Of a stretch of DNA of 41,328 bases, positions 28,043 to 36,616 are shown piece by piece (position 1 is the stretch's first letter; every line of letters starts with the position of its first letter). A model generated the notes under the pieces. The model made no database searches. It was not told the origin of the DNA and was given only the letters and a program-made list of their open reading frames with translations. The position numbers were made by a program, and so were the translations under genes. The stretch spans positions 1 to 41,328 of the forward strand of contig JBFMGU010000074.1 of NCBI GenBank assembly GCA_040752415.1, written 5' to 3'. This stretch comes from Myxococcota bacterium (GTDB lineage Bacteria > Myxococcota > JACRCW01).

Positions 28043-28665
28043 TTCCTGCCTCCGGTCCGGCGCGTCCGCCGCGTGGTGGTATACGGTGTAGATGGAGGAA
28101 CGGCGTAGGCGCGCACCAGGTGCTCCAGGCTGTGCGCGTAGAGGGCGCGGAACGCCTTGGCGTCGACCTCCAGCTTCTGGGCCAGGAACAGCGACACCAG
28201 CCCATGCACCTGCGCCCATACCGTCAGGGCCACCGCCTCGGGGTCTTCCGCTGAAAGCAGACCCGCGTCGACGCATTCCCGGATGCGGTCCACCAGGAAG
28301 CGGAACGTGGCGGCGTCCTGCCAGCTGCGGGGGCCGCGCGGGCGTCCCAGGTCCACGGCACGCATGAACATGAGGTCGTAGTGGCGTGGGTGCTTGAGGG
28401 CGAATTCCAGGTACGCCTCACCGGAGGCCAGCAGGCGCCCCCAGGGCGTGGTCTCCACCAGGGTGCGCTGCAGGTAGCGGAGGAAGAGGGCGTGGCCTTC
28501 CTCCAGGATGGCGCGCACCAGGGCCTCCCGGCCCTTGAAATGGCGGTAGATGGCCATGGGGGTGATGCCGGCGCGGGCCGCCACCGCGCGCATGGTCACC
28601 GCCGCCTCCCCCCGCTCGACGAGAAGGTCGCACGCCTCACTCAGCACGCGTTCCTTGGTGGTCAT
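28039..28665 (-). CDS. TetR/AcrR family transcriptional regulator
   Basis: HTH VTMRAVAARAGITPMAIYRHFKGREAL; WAQVHG motif (WHG-type C-domain). Confidence 0.95.
   Translation of the reverse strand: MTTKERVLSEACDLLVERGEAAVTMRAVAARAGITPMAIYRHFKGREALVRAILEEGHALFLRYLQRTLVETTPWGRLLASGEAYLEFALKHPRHYDLMFMRAVDLGRPRGPRSWQDAATFRFLVDRIRECVDAGLLSAEDPEAVALTVWAQVHGLVSLFLAQKLEVDAKAFRALYAHSLEHLVRAYAVPPSTPYTTTRRTRRTGGRK
28079..28093. promoter_or_regulatory. Second candidate TetR operator upstream of the oxidoreductase
   Basis: GTATACGGTGTAGAT shares GTATAC-N3-GTA-N-A with 28666-28680; lies 36 bp upstream of the reductase ATG. Confidence 0.5.
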
Positions 28666-28680
28666 GTATACAGCGTACAC
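28666..28680. promoter_or_regulatory. Candidate TetR operator at the tetR start
   Basis: GTATACAGCGTACAC, an imperfect palindrome abutting the ATG; similar site at 28079-28093. Confidence 0.55.
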
Positions 28681-28763
28681 AGTGGCCCGGTCCCGGGCAA
28701 GTCCGAGCGGGATGGCGCTGGATGCAACGGGAGGTCCACCCCGCGCGTTCATGGGAGGTGCGA

Positions 28764-29180
28764 ATGGTCCTGTTGGTGATCGTGTTGGCCGGCTGTCAGG
28801 GCACGGCGCGCGTGGACGACGGAGAAGACGATCCGTGCCCCCGCGGCGACAAGACCGTGGCCATTGGCGTGGAGGACCGCGGAGGTGCGCTCCATGCGGG
28901 CGAGGGCAATGTCATCGGCGTCTACGTCCTCAGTGACGCCCCGCTCGCGGAAGGAGACTGCGCGGTGGCGCTCACGGAGGTGCCCGAGGGCGTGACGGTG
29001 GAGGTGTCGTCGGTGATGGTGGCCTTCACGCCGGGAAAGGCCACGTCGCCCGCGCTGTTCCGGGCTTCGGTGGGGAAACCGGCCAGCGGACAATCGGAAC
29101 TGTGTTTCACCGCAACGGTGACCAGCGATGACGGCACGCAGTTGATGGCACGCGAGTGGCTACCGGTCGCGCCCCGCTGA
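28764..29180 (+). CDS. Hypothetical lipoprotein
   Basis: GGAGG RBS; MVLLVIVLAGC lipobox; beta-rich mature part. Confidence 0.7.
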   Translation: MVLLVIVLAGCQGTARVDDGEDDPCPRGDKTVAIGVEDRGGALHAGEGNVIGVYVLSDAPLAEGDCAVALTEVPEGVTVEVSSVMVAFTPGKATSPALFRASVGKPASGQSELCFTATVTSDDGTQLMAREWLPVAPR

Positions 29181-29203
29181 GGCGAACCTGAGAATTGCGT
29201 CCC

Positions 29204-30523
29204 TCAGTTTGCTGGCACGAAAACGAAGGGAAACGCGCCCTGCACCGTGCCCGAGGCAGGCGGCGGGAAGCGGATGCGTCGGAACTGGTGGGCAACGCAT
29301 CGGGCAACTTCCGGGTCGGCCAGCGTGTCCTCGTCGACGGAAGCGTCCGCCACCCCACCCTGCTCGTCGATGAGGAACCCGATGGTCACCTTGCCCTTGA
29401 GGTTGGGATTGCGCTTGAGCGCGTTCTCGTAACAGGCCTTGAACCCGGCAATACGCGCCCGGATGACGCGGTTGATCACCTGGGGGTCCAACTCTCCCGC
29501 GTGTTCGACAAGCTCGGTGGCCTGCATGGCTCCGCGCACCTCGATCTCACGACGGGAGCCCAGCGCCACCGCAGCGTGGCCCCTCTCCCGCGGCGCATCC
29601 AGCACCCCGATCCCCGCCGCGTCGGCGGCACCTGCTGTCTCACGGGGGCCCGCGGGGCCGGCACTGCCCTGCGCCAGGTTGATGCCTTGTGCCTGCATCA
29701 CCAGCTGGGCCAGGTCGGTGCCACGTGACGACGTCGAGAACACGTCGGCGAGCGCTCCCGACCCTCGCTTTCCGAGCACCTTGAGCAGTCCTGTGTCGAC
29801 CACGGCTTCGCGCAGCCTGGCCTTTCGCGTGGCCGGGTCATCGCTCCGCTTCTCGGTGACTTCGCGCTGCCGCCTGGCTTCCACCCGTTTCTGCGCCGTC
29901 TTCCGTTCCACGCGCGGAGGCGGTTTCCACGTGGCGAGGTTGGGCGCGATGTGACGAATGATGCGCTCGCCCACTTCCTCGAGCGAGGGAGCCGGCGGTG
30001 GCGGCACCGTGGAGAGGAACGCCGCGCAGCCGAAGTGGAAGACAAGCGACCCCACCACCAGGCTCGCAAACACGGGGTCCAGGTTGCGGACCATTCCGTG
30101 CTGGGTGACGTCGGGAGGAGCGGAGGAGGAAAGGACACGAGGCGGCGTCACGAATTGGAACAGCACGGTGACCTCGCCCATCCGCACCTTGCCGCGCGCG
30201 CTGGTGCCGAGTCTGAGCCGGTACGTGTTGCCCCGTTGGAGGACCTCCGGGCGCTGCTTGATCGTCGTCAGTGGGACCAGTTCGTCACCGTTGGAGATGG
30301 TGCCTTCCATCTCGTCGGTGAAGCAGAGCGTGTGGCCACCAGCGTCGTGTTCGATGAGCGTGAGGGATGCCGGGACGTCGAGCGGCGGCAACACCACCGT
30401 GCAGCGCGGGTCCGAGCCCACGGTGACCGCTTCGTGCTTCCGCAGCAGGCGCTCCCCGACGACGCGACCTGCGTGGATGACGCCCACGCGAAGGATCTTC
30501 TCCTCCGGGTGCCGTGTGCCCAT
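29204..30523 (-). CDS. AgmX/PglI (TonB_C-like) C-terminal domain membrane protein, GltG-like
   Basis: FHA-like N-terminus (KILRVGVIHAG..ERLL...VTVG), TM ending in HFG, C-terminus VIRARIAGFKACYENALKRNPNLKGKVTIGFLI...CV..IRFP..FPFVF. Confidence 0.85.
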   Translation of the reverse strand: MGTRHPEEKILRVGVIHAGRVVGERLLRKHEAVTVGSDPRCTVVLPPLDVPASLTLIEHDAGGHTLCFTDEMEGTISNGDELVPLTTIKQRPEVLQRGNTYRLRLGTSARGKVRMGEVTVLFQFVTPPRVLSSSAPPDVTQHGMVRNLDPVFASLVVGSLVFHFGCAAFLSTVPPPPAPSLEEVGERIIRHIAPNLATWKPPPRVERKTAQKRVEARRQREVTEKRSDDPATRKARLREAVVDTGLLKVLGKRGSGALADVFSTSSRGTDLAQLVMQAQGINLAQGSAGPAGPRETAGAADAAGIGVLDAPRERGHAAVALGSRREIEVRGAMQATELVEHAGELDPQVINRVIRARIAGFKACYENALKRNPNLKGKVTIGFLIDEQGGVADASVDEDTLADPEVARCVAHQFRRIRFPPPASGTVQGAFPFVFVPAN

Positions 30524-30603
30524 GACCTGACCTCACGTCCGCCGTGTTCTCTCGGATGAGACGAGACAACGGCGTGGGTGGTCAGGTTCCCGCGGTTGGG
30601 ACG

Positions 30604-31593
30604 TTAGCGCGGGGAATCGCCGTCCAGCGCCGCGCGGGCCTTGTGCTCCATCAGCAGCTGCACCACGTGGCGCTGCGCGGGCGCGGTGAACAGGAACATC
30701 ACGCCCATGCCCTGGCCCGTGGCAGCGTGCCAGATGACCAGGCCCTTCACCTCGGAGGGGGGCGCGCTCCGGTCGGGCTTGAAGCGCAGGCCCACCACGC
30801 TTCCCACCGGGGCCAACACATCCACGGCAACGTAAGCGCCGCCCTCGCTGATGTCGGTCACCGAGCCGGAGCGCACCACGCCACGTTGGGACGTCACCTC
30901 CACCGCCAGGCTGGTGGGAATCCGCGGGTGACGTCGCTGCACGGAACGACCCTCCCGGGTCCGGGCCGCCGCCAGCGCTCGTCGCAACACCGGCTGGTCG
31001 CGTGGCTCGGCCAGGATGCCCAGGTATGCCGCGGAGGTCCTGCGCGGACGGAAACGTCGCCACGTCACGCGGCCGGCCACACGCACCGACGGGAGCTCCA
31101 GCCCCGGGAAGTCCAGGTGCAGCTCCACCAACTGGCCCACCGGGAGGTCCAGCGTGGAACGGACCAACAGACCGTCGCGGTCCGACTCCTGGATGTGCGC
31201 TGCCAGGAACGTGGAGGTGTCCTGGAATGACAGGTGGAGCAGGCGCGTGTTGGGACGGGCGTGAGCTTCGCGCGGTGCGTGCTCCTCCGCGACCAGCGGT
31301 TGCAGCTCGGACGCGTCCCCGTCGTCACTCCGGAGACCCGCCTGCTCCATGAGGTCGTCGAAGCGGCCGCGGTGAAGCTCATCCAGCACGGCCTGGTGCT
31401 GCTGCCACAGCTCGCTGCGTGGGTCCGGGGTCGCGCCGCCGGGCGCGCAGCTGAGACGCGCCACGCGCACCACCGCACCGACGGAGACCAGCGTCTGGAG
31501 CGCTCCCTCCGGGGTGCACTCGGTGGCAACCCGCACCTCCACTCCCAGGCGCACCACACAATCACAGGCACTGGCCTGTTTCCGCTGCTGCAT
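30604..31593 (-). CDS. Tandem PilZ-domain protein (start uncertain)
   Basis: First PilZ-like GLLVRS..LPVGQLVELHLDFP..GRVTW; second with QRRHPR and DISEGG c-di-GMP motifs, ending GMGVMF. Confidence 0.8.
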   Translation of the reverse strand: MQQRKQASACDCVVRLGVEVRVATECTPEGALQTLVSVGAVVRVARLSCAPGGATPDPRSELWQQHQAVLDELHRGRFDDLMEQAGLRSDDGDASELQPLVAEEHAPREAHARPNTRLLHLSFQDTSTFLAAHIQESDRDGLLVRSTLDLPVGQLVELHLDFPGLELPSVRVAGRVTWRRFRPRRTSAAYLGILAEPRDQPVLRRALAAARTREGRSVQRRHPRIPTSLAVEVTSQRGVVRSGSVTDISEGGAYVAVDVLAPVGSVVGLRFKPDRSAPPSEVKGLVIWHAATGQGMGVMFLFTAPAQRHVVQLLMEHKARAALDGDSPR

Positions 31594-31990
31594 TGCCACG
31601 GCGCTCCCCCTGCAACCCCGGATGACGTCATTGCTTTCCGACGGAGCAATGCTATCGGCGGCCGTGTACCGTCGCAGGCGCCTTGGCTGGGAACCCGCAA
31701 ACCCGTTCGCCGGCAAACGTCACGTCCAACGCGATCATCCACGCCGTGAAGCTGCTTCCTGCTCGACGTGACGGAGCGGGCCCACGGCGCGGCGTCCCTG
31801 TCCGCGCGGACAGGTGACGGACAGGCGAGCGCCCCTGAACTCTTTTGGAACCGCGGGCCAGTGGTGGCGGGCGCGGAAGCATTCCTAAAGTTTCCCGCAC
31901 ATCCCGAAGGCGACGACGAGAGCAATGTTTCCCGACGTCACCGGCGACCCGACATTCCATCCCCCGTTCACCTCCAGGAGACACGACCCC

Positions 31991-32731
31991 ATGAACCGCA
32001 AGCTCAGCGCTGTCTGGAAGACCCTCGGTGGCATCTCGTTCGCGGTGCTGATGGCCGCACCGGCGTACGCGGGCGGCGGCAACGGCGCGCCTTCCGGCCC
32101 GCACTACAACCTCAACATCATCGGCATGGAGAAGGGCAAGACCGCCAGGATGACCGGCTCCGACCGTCACACCATCTTCGTGGGGCTGGGCTCCCGCACC
32201 GGCGCGGTGAGCACGCCCATCTACCTGACCCAGGGTGATTTCAAGGTGTGCGACGGCAACGGCTTTGACACCGCGTATGACTGCTCGGGCCGCGCGTTGG
32301 GCGGCAAGCGCGGCGCGGTGTTCCAGCTGCCCTGCAACACCAACATCTCCTCCGACGGCGTGGACGAGGTGGTGGCCTGTGATGGCGGCGAGACGGCGGC
32401 GTACGAGGTGTGGGCGCGCGCGCTGGGCACGCCGGGCGGCGGCGCCACCATGACCACCTGCGCCACCGACACCCTGGGTACGGAGAGCACGGATGACGAC
32501 GTGCAGGTCTGCTCCACGGAGAACACCGTGCTGGTGCGCTCCAGCGGCAGGCAAACCTTCAACAACGTCACCGACGACCTGACCTCCCTGGTGGCGTGCG
32601 AGACCGACGACGTCACCGGCGAGGTGGTGTGCACGCGCACCGCGCTGTTCTCCGGTGACCTGGTGGACTGGTACTGGCAATACGACAACAACGGACTGCG
32701 CCTGGCGCAGCTGCGTTTCAACCTCCTCTGA
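31991..32731 (+). CDS. Secreted Cys-rich protein of unknown function
   Basis: AGGAG RBS; signal peptide ending PAYA; GNGAPSGPHYNLNIIG...ARALGTPGG...WQYDNNGLRLAQLRF; 8 Cys; strong codon bias. Confidence 0.88.
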   Translation: MNRKLSAVWKTLGGISFAVLMAAPAYAGGGNGAPSGPHYNLNIIGMEKGKTARMTGSDRHTIFVGLGSRTGAVSTPIYLTQGDFKVCDGNGFDTAYDCSGRALGGKRGAVFQLPCNTNISSDGVDEVVACDGGETAAYEVWARALGTPGGGATMTTCATDTLGTESTDDDVQVCSTENTVLVRSSGRQTFNNVTDDLTSLVACETDDVTGEVVCTRTALFSGDLVDWYWQYDNNGLRLAQLRFNLL

Positions 32732-32738
32732 CCTGGAG

Positions 32739-32775
32739 CCCGCGCGGGGGCCGCCTCCTTCCGGTCCCCGCGGGG
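32739..32775 (+). terminator. Intercistronic GC-rich stem-loop
   Basis: GCGGGGGCCG (32744-32753) pairs with CGGTCCCCGC (32762-32771) with one G-U pair; no U-tract. Confidence 0.45.
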
Positions 32776-32789
32776 TGGGAGCCTCTTCC

Positions 32790-33794
32790 ATGAAGATCCG
32801 CTGGGTGCTGACCCTGGTGATGCTGGGCGCCATGACAACGTACGCGTGGGACCGTCCGGAGCGTGTGCAGGTTCCACAGCCGTTGGTGACGTTTGACTTC
32901 GGTGCGGTGCGGCAGGGCCAACGCGTGGCGCACACCTTCACCATCCACAATCCGCTGGACGAGGGCGTGGAGATCTCCAGCGTGGAATGCAACGCCCCGG
33001 GGATGACCGCGCGTTTCCGTCCCATGGTCCCCGCGCGCACCGACCGCGAGATCACGTTGGCCTGGGAAACCGACAAGGCCGAGGGCGACATGGCGGTGCG
33101 CGCGGTGGTGCAGTTTGCCCGCGGGCTGCAGCCGGCCACGCTGGTGCTCAAGGGCAGGGTGAGCCCGCCGGTGGAAGTGCTGCCCTCGCGCATCTCCTGG
33201 TTCAGCCTGTACCGGGGAGAGGGAACGCAGAAGAAGCTGCGCGTGGTCAACCACGACGGGTTCCCGCTGGTGGTGAACCGCCTGCAGGTCCAGGGAGAGC
33301 ACTTCACCGCGTCGCTGATGCCGTCCGGGCAGGAGAACGAAGCGCTCATCAAGCTGGAGATCCCCGACGATCTCCCCGTGGGCCGCTACCAGGAGTCGCT
33401 GGTGCTGCACACCAACCATCCCGCGGTGTCGCAGCTCCGGCTCAGCGTGAACGTGCTCATCAAGGAGCATCTCCACGCCAACCCGGAGGCGGTGGACTTC
33501 GGTCGGGTGGACCGCTCCCAGCTTGCGGCCAAGCCCGCCCTGGGCGACCTGCTGACGCAGACCCTCATGGTGAAGAAGCGCGCAGGCGCCTTCCGCATCA
33601 CCGGCATCAGCACCGACCTGCCGTTCCTGACGCTGGCTCCCTCACCCTCGGGCGCCAGCGCGGCGTTCCGCATTGACGTGGGCTTGGTCACGGAGAAGCT
33701 CAAGCCCGGACCCATCCGCGGCACCATCCACGTGGAGACCGACGACCGCGAGCACCCCCACCTGGTCCTGCCGGTGCTGGGAAGCGTGGATTAG
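32790..33794 (+). CDS. Exported protein with tandem DUF1573/Ig-like domains
   Basis: Signal peptide; FDFGAV..G..VAHTFTIHN...ISSVEC; further Ig-like units ending LHTNHP and VETDD..HP.L.LPV.G.V. Confidence 0.8.
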   Translation: MKIRWVLTLVMLGAMTTYAWDRPERVQVPQPLVTFDFGAVRQGQRVAHTFTIHNPLDEGVEISSVECNAPGMTARFRPMVPARTDREITLAWETDKAEGDMAVRAVVQFARGLQPATLVLKGRVSPPVEVLPSRISWFSLYRGEGTQKKLRVVNHDGFPLVVNRLQVQGEHFTASLMPSGQENEALIKLEIPDDLPVGRYQESLVLHTNHPAVSQLRLSVNVLIKEHLHANPEAVDFGRVDRSQLAAKPALGDLLTQTLMVKKRAGAFRITGISTDLPFLTLAPSPSGASAAFRIDVGLVTEKLKPGPIRGTIHVETDDREHPHLVLPVLGSVD

Positions 33795-33860
33795 GGCTGG
33801 AGCGAAGTTCGGACTAAGGGATGATGGTGGCGCGCGCGGGGGCGTGTATCATCGTCATCC

Positions 33861-34586
33861 ATGCGGGTCCGCAATGAGACAGAACGTGGCCATGTTGCCG
33901 AGCGGGGGCCGGGCAACGGCACGCTGGAAGTGGCGGTGACGCCGGTGACGGTGTGCCTGGTGGCGCAACACGCGCTGGTCCTGCAGCAGTTGCAGCGGGT
34001 GCTGGGGGAGTCCCCGTTCCAGGTGGGCACGCGCCGCGTCGACGCCCGGCTGCCGCCGCACCGCCTGGCCGCGGAGCTGCCGCGCGCGCAGGCGTACGTG
34101 ATCGACGTGGACGGGCCGGCGCAGGAGGCCACCGCGTTGCCGGCGGCGCTGCTGCACCGGTTTCCCGCCGCGCGGGTGCTGGCGGTGGCGGAGGGCTTCA
34201 GTGACCGGCTCTCGTTTGACCTCTTGCGCGCCGGCGCCAAGGGCGTGCTGCGCTACGCCGAGGTGGAGCGGCAGCTGGGGCCGGCGCTGACGGCGGTGGC
34301 GGCGGGAGGCATCTGGGTACCGCGGGAGCTGGTCTCGCGTTTCCTGGATTCCATCATCCCCACGCTGCGCAAGCCGCGGTTGTCGTCGGAAGCGGGGCTG
34401 CTCAGCCAACGCGAGCGGCAGGTGCGCGACGCGCTGCTGGAGAACCTGTCCAACAAGGAGATTGCCACCAAGCTGCACATCTCGGAGCGGACCGTGAAGT
34501 TCCACGTGTCCAACCTGCTCACCAAGTTCAACGTGCGTCGGCGCTCCGACCTCATCCTGCTGGCGCTGAATGCCCCCGCCGAGTGA
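33861..34586 (+). CDS. LuxR/NarL-family regulator with atypical receiver domain (start uncertain)
   Basis: LSQRERQV..LL.NLSNKEIATKLHISERTVKFHVSNLLTK HTH; REC-like N-terminus (VID, AGAKG) lacking the DD pocket. Confidence 0.92.
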   Translation: MRVRNETERGHVAERGPGNGTLEVAVTPVTVCLVAQHALVLQQLQRVLGESPFQVGTRRVDARLPPHRLAAELPRAQAYVIDVDGPAQEATALPAALLHRFPAARVLAVAEGFSDRLSFDLLRAGAKGVLRYAEVERQLGPALTAVAAGGIWVPRELVSRFLDSIIPTLRKPRLSSEAGLLSQRERQVRDALLENLSNKEIATKLHISERTVKFHVSNLLTKFNVRRRSDLILLALNAPAE

Positions 34587-34591
34587 GCTGC

Positions 34592-35671
34592 TCACGCCCC
34601 GGTGTTCAACACACGCAAACGTGAGCTGCCCGTCGTCCCGCTCCACGTGGGACGGATGCCGCAGTGCGACTCGAACACGCTGCAGGCGCTGCAGGGATGG
34701 CCCGGCTCGGCGTGGCGCTCGCGGAACATGCGGCGCGCGGTCACAAAGCGCGGCGCGTTCACCAGCTCCTCCAGCGTCCCCGACGGGGACCAGTGGGCGA
34801 AGTCATCCTGGGGGTCTGTCGAGAAGCAGCACGGGGGAATGGAGCCGTCCTGCTCGATGATCATGGTGTCGTACAGCATGGTGCAGGTCCTGCCGAGCAT
34901 GGTGACCGGGACATCCATGTAGCCACGACGGTGGATCTCCTCCTCTTCGAACCAGGCGCGTGCGTTGGCGAGGTCGCGGTCCTTGAAGAGGGTGGTCATG
35001 TCGTCGACCAGCAGCTCGTCAAAGCCCCATTCCCGGTACTGCCGCTGCAGCAACTCCACCTGGTTGCCGGTGAACTTGTTGCGCAGGAACTGGAGGATCA
35101 GGGTGGGATGGGAACGACCGTGCCGCTGCTTGAACTGCCGGAGCTTGCGGACATTCTCCAGGAGCAAGGAGAGGTCACCGCCCACGCGGTAGCGTGCGTA
35201 GGACTCCTGGTCCGTCCCGTCCATGGAGACGATCAGTCGGTCCAGTCCGTGGATGACCAGGCCCTCCAGCACGTGATCCTTGCGCACGTTGAGGTTGCTG
35301 CTGATCTCGGTGCGGATGCCGTGCGCCTTGCAGTAGCGCAGCATCTCCAGGATGTCGGGGTGGAACAGCGACTCACCCCACTTGTACAGCTGGACCAGCT
35401 CCGCGTACGGCGCAATGCGGTCGATGATCCGCTTGAACAGCGCCAGGTCCATGTTGCGCGTGGCCTTCTGTTGCTGGCGCAGGCCAGTCACACACAACGG
35501 ACAGCGCAGGTTGCACGCGTTGGTGACGCCAATGGCATAGACGTAGGGCCTGGAAAGCAGGCGCTCCCTGCCCAGACGCATCTCCGCCCGATTGAGCAGG
35601 CGGTTGAGCTCCTTGGTGTCCCGACGGAGGAGCGCGGACCCCACCTTGCGAAGCGCCTGACGAAGAGCCAT
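34592..35671 (-). CDS. Radical SAM protein with SPASM/twitch-like C-terminal domain
   Basis: CNLRCPLC (CX3CX2C), WGESLFHP, SMDG, YRVGG; C-terminal CTMLY..DGSIPPCC...CSAC. Confidence 0.92.
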   Translation of the reverse strand: MALRQALRKVGSALLRRDTKELNRLLNRAEMRLGRERLLSRPYVYAIGVTNACNLRCPLCVTGLRQQQKATRNMDLALFKRIIDRIAPYAELVQLYKWGESLFHPDILEMLRYCKAHGIRTEISSNLNVRKDHVLEGLVIHGLDRLIVSMDGTDQESYARYRVGGDLSLLLENVRKLRQFKQRHGRSHPTLILQFLRNKFTGNQVELLQRQYREWGFDELLVDDMTTLFKDRDLANARAWFEEEEIHRRGYMDVPVTMLGRTCTMLYDTMIIEQDGSIPPCCFSTDPQDDFAHWSPSGTLEELVNAPRFVTARRMFRERHAEPGHPCSACSVFESHCGIRPTWSGTTGSSRLRVLNTGA

Positions 35672-35809
35672 GGACCGCAGCACTAACGTGTCGTCGGGCC
35701 TGCCGCAATGGTCGCGGCCGTCGAGGGATTCCGTGCAGGGGCTTGAGCTCGGTCGCGGTCCCTCCTCATCGCGACCGGAGTAGGCGCGGTTAGCCCTTCC
35801 TGGCCAACC

Positions 35810-36181
35810 GACGTCGTCACGGTATGTCCCGGGAGCAGTCACGTCGGCGGTATCCAGGTTGTGAGTCGGCGCCGCAGCCGTTGGGGCTAGGCATTTCCAC
35901 GTCGTGGCAGCGACAAGTGCGGAAGGAAATGCCTAGCCCGGGGCCGACGGAGCCGGGCCGTCACCCTCAACGCCGCCCATGTAACGGGGTCTGTGCTGCG
36001 CATCCTTCTTTGGACACGTTGGTTCACTCGAGGAAGATTTCGTGACCCAGGGCTAGAGGCATTTCCTCCCGCTTTGGCCGCTGCCACGACGTGGAAATGC
36101 CTAGCCCCTACGGCTGCGGCGCCGACTCACGCCCTGGATACCGCCGGCGTGACTGCTCCCGGGACATACCGTGACGACGTC
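35810..36181. repeat. ~103-bp inverted repeat (4 mismatches) enclosing a REP-like doublet
   Basis: 35810-35912 pairs with 36079-36181; four alternating copies of GGGCTAGGCATTTCC at about 35884, 35925, 36049 and 36093; the right unit starts GTAGGGGCTAGGC on the minus strand. Confidence 0.92.
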
Positions 36182-36197
36182 AGATGACCAGGCAGTA

Positions 36198-36608
36198 TTA
36201 GGGCACGGTTGCGGGCAACGTCGTCGTCTCGAAGGTCACCTGCAGGTCGCTGAACCGGGTGTTGTCGCGCGGGGTGGCACCGGAGCGGTCGACCCACACC
36301 ATGATCCGCGCGCCACGTTTGAGCGACGCGGCAACCTCCCTGGGCACGTCCACCATCACTTCCGGCGCGTGCTTCTCGATGGTGGTCGCGTCGATGCGCG
36401 CGGGATCCTCGTACACGTTGGTGCCGTAGAGCTTCACCAGGCGCACCCGGGCCTGTGGCTTGGGACGCACGCTCACCTTCACCACCTCCGCCACGAAGCT
36501 GCAGCCCCGCCGGCGCGTGGACTCGTCCACCCCTGGGCTGCTCGCCCAGCCGACCGACGGGGATGCCAGGGTGAGGACCAGCGTGAACACCAGCGCGGGA
36601 CGCATCAT
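36198..36608 (-). CDS. Hypothetical exported protein
   Basis: GGAG RBS; MMRPALVFTLVLTLASPSVGWA signal-like N-terminus; beta-rich mature region. Confidence 0.7.
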   Translation of the reverse strand: MMRPALVFTLVLTLASPSVGWASSPGVDESTRRRGCSFVAEVVKVSVRPKPQARVRLVKLYGTNVYEDPARIDATTIEKHAPEVMVDVPREVAASLKRGARIMVWVDRSGATPRDNTRFSDLQVTFETTTLPATVP

Positions 36609-36616
36609 GCACGCTC

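Noticed and set aside
34592..35671. Radical SAM gene as the ArsS partner of arsM
   Set aside because: It lies about 23 kb away and looks like a generic SPASM/twitch-type enzyme; nothing in the sequence links it to arsenic.
35672..36187. N-terminal extension of the radical SAM ORF to 35842 and small ORF 35993..36187 as a RiPP precursor
   Set aside because: Both are translations of the inverted-repeat arms (shared TAPGTYRDDV). No precursor, RRE, peptidase or transporter is evident.
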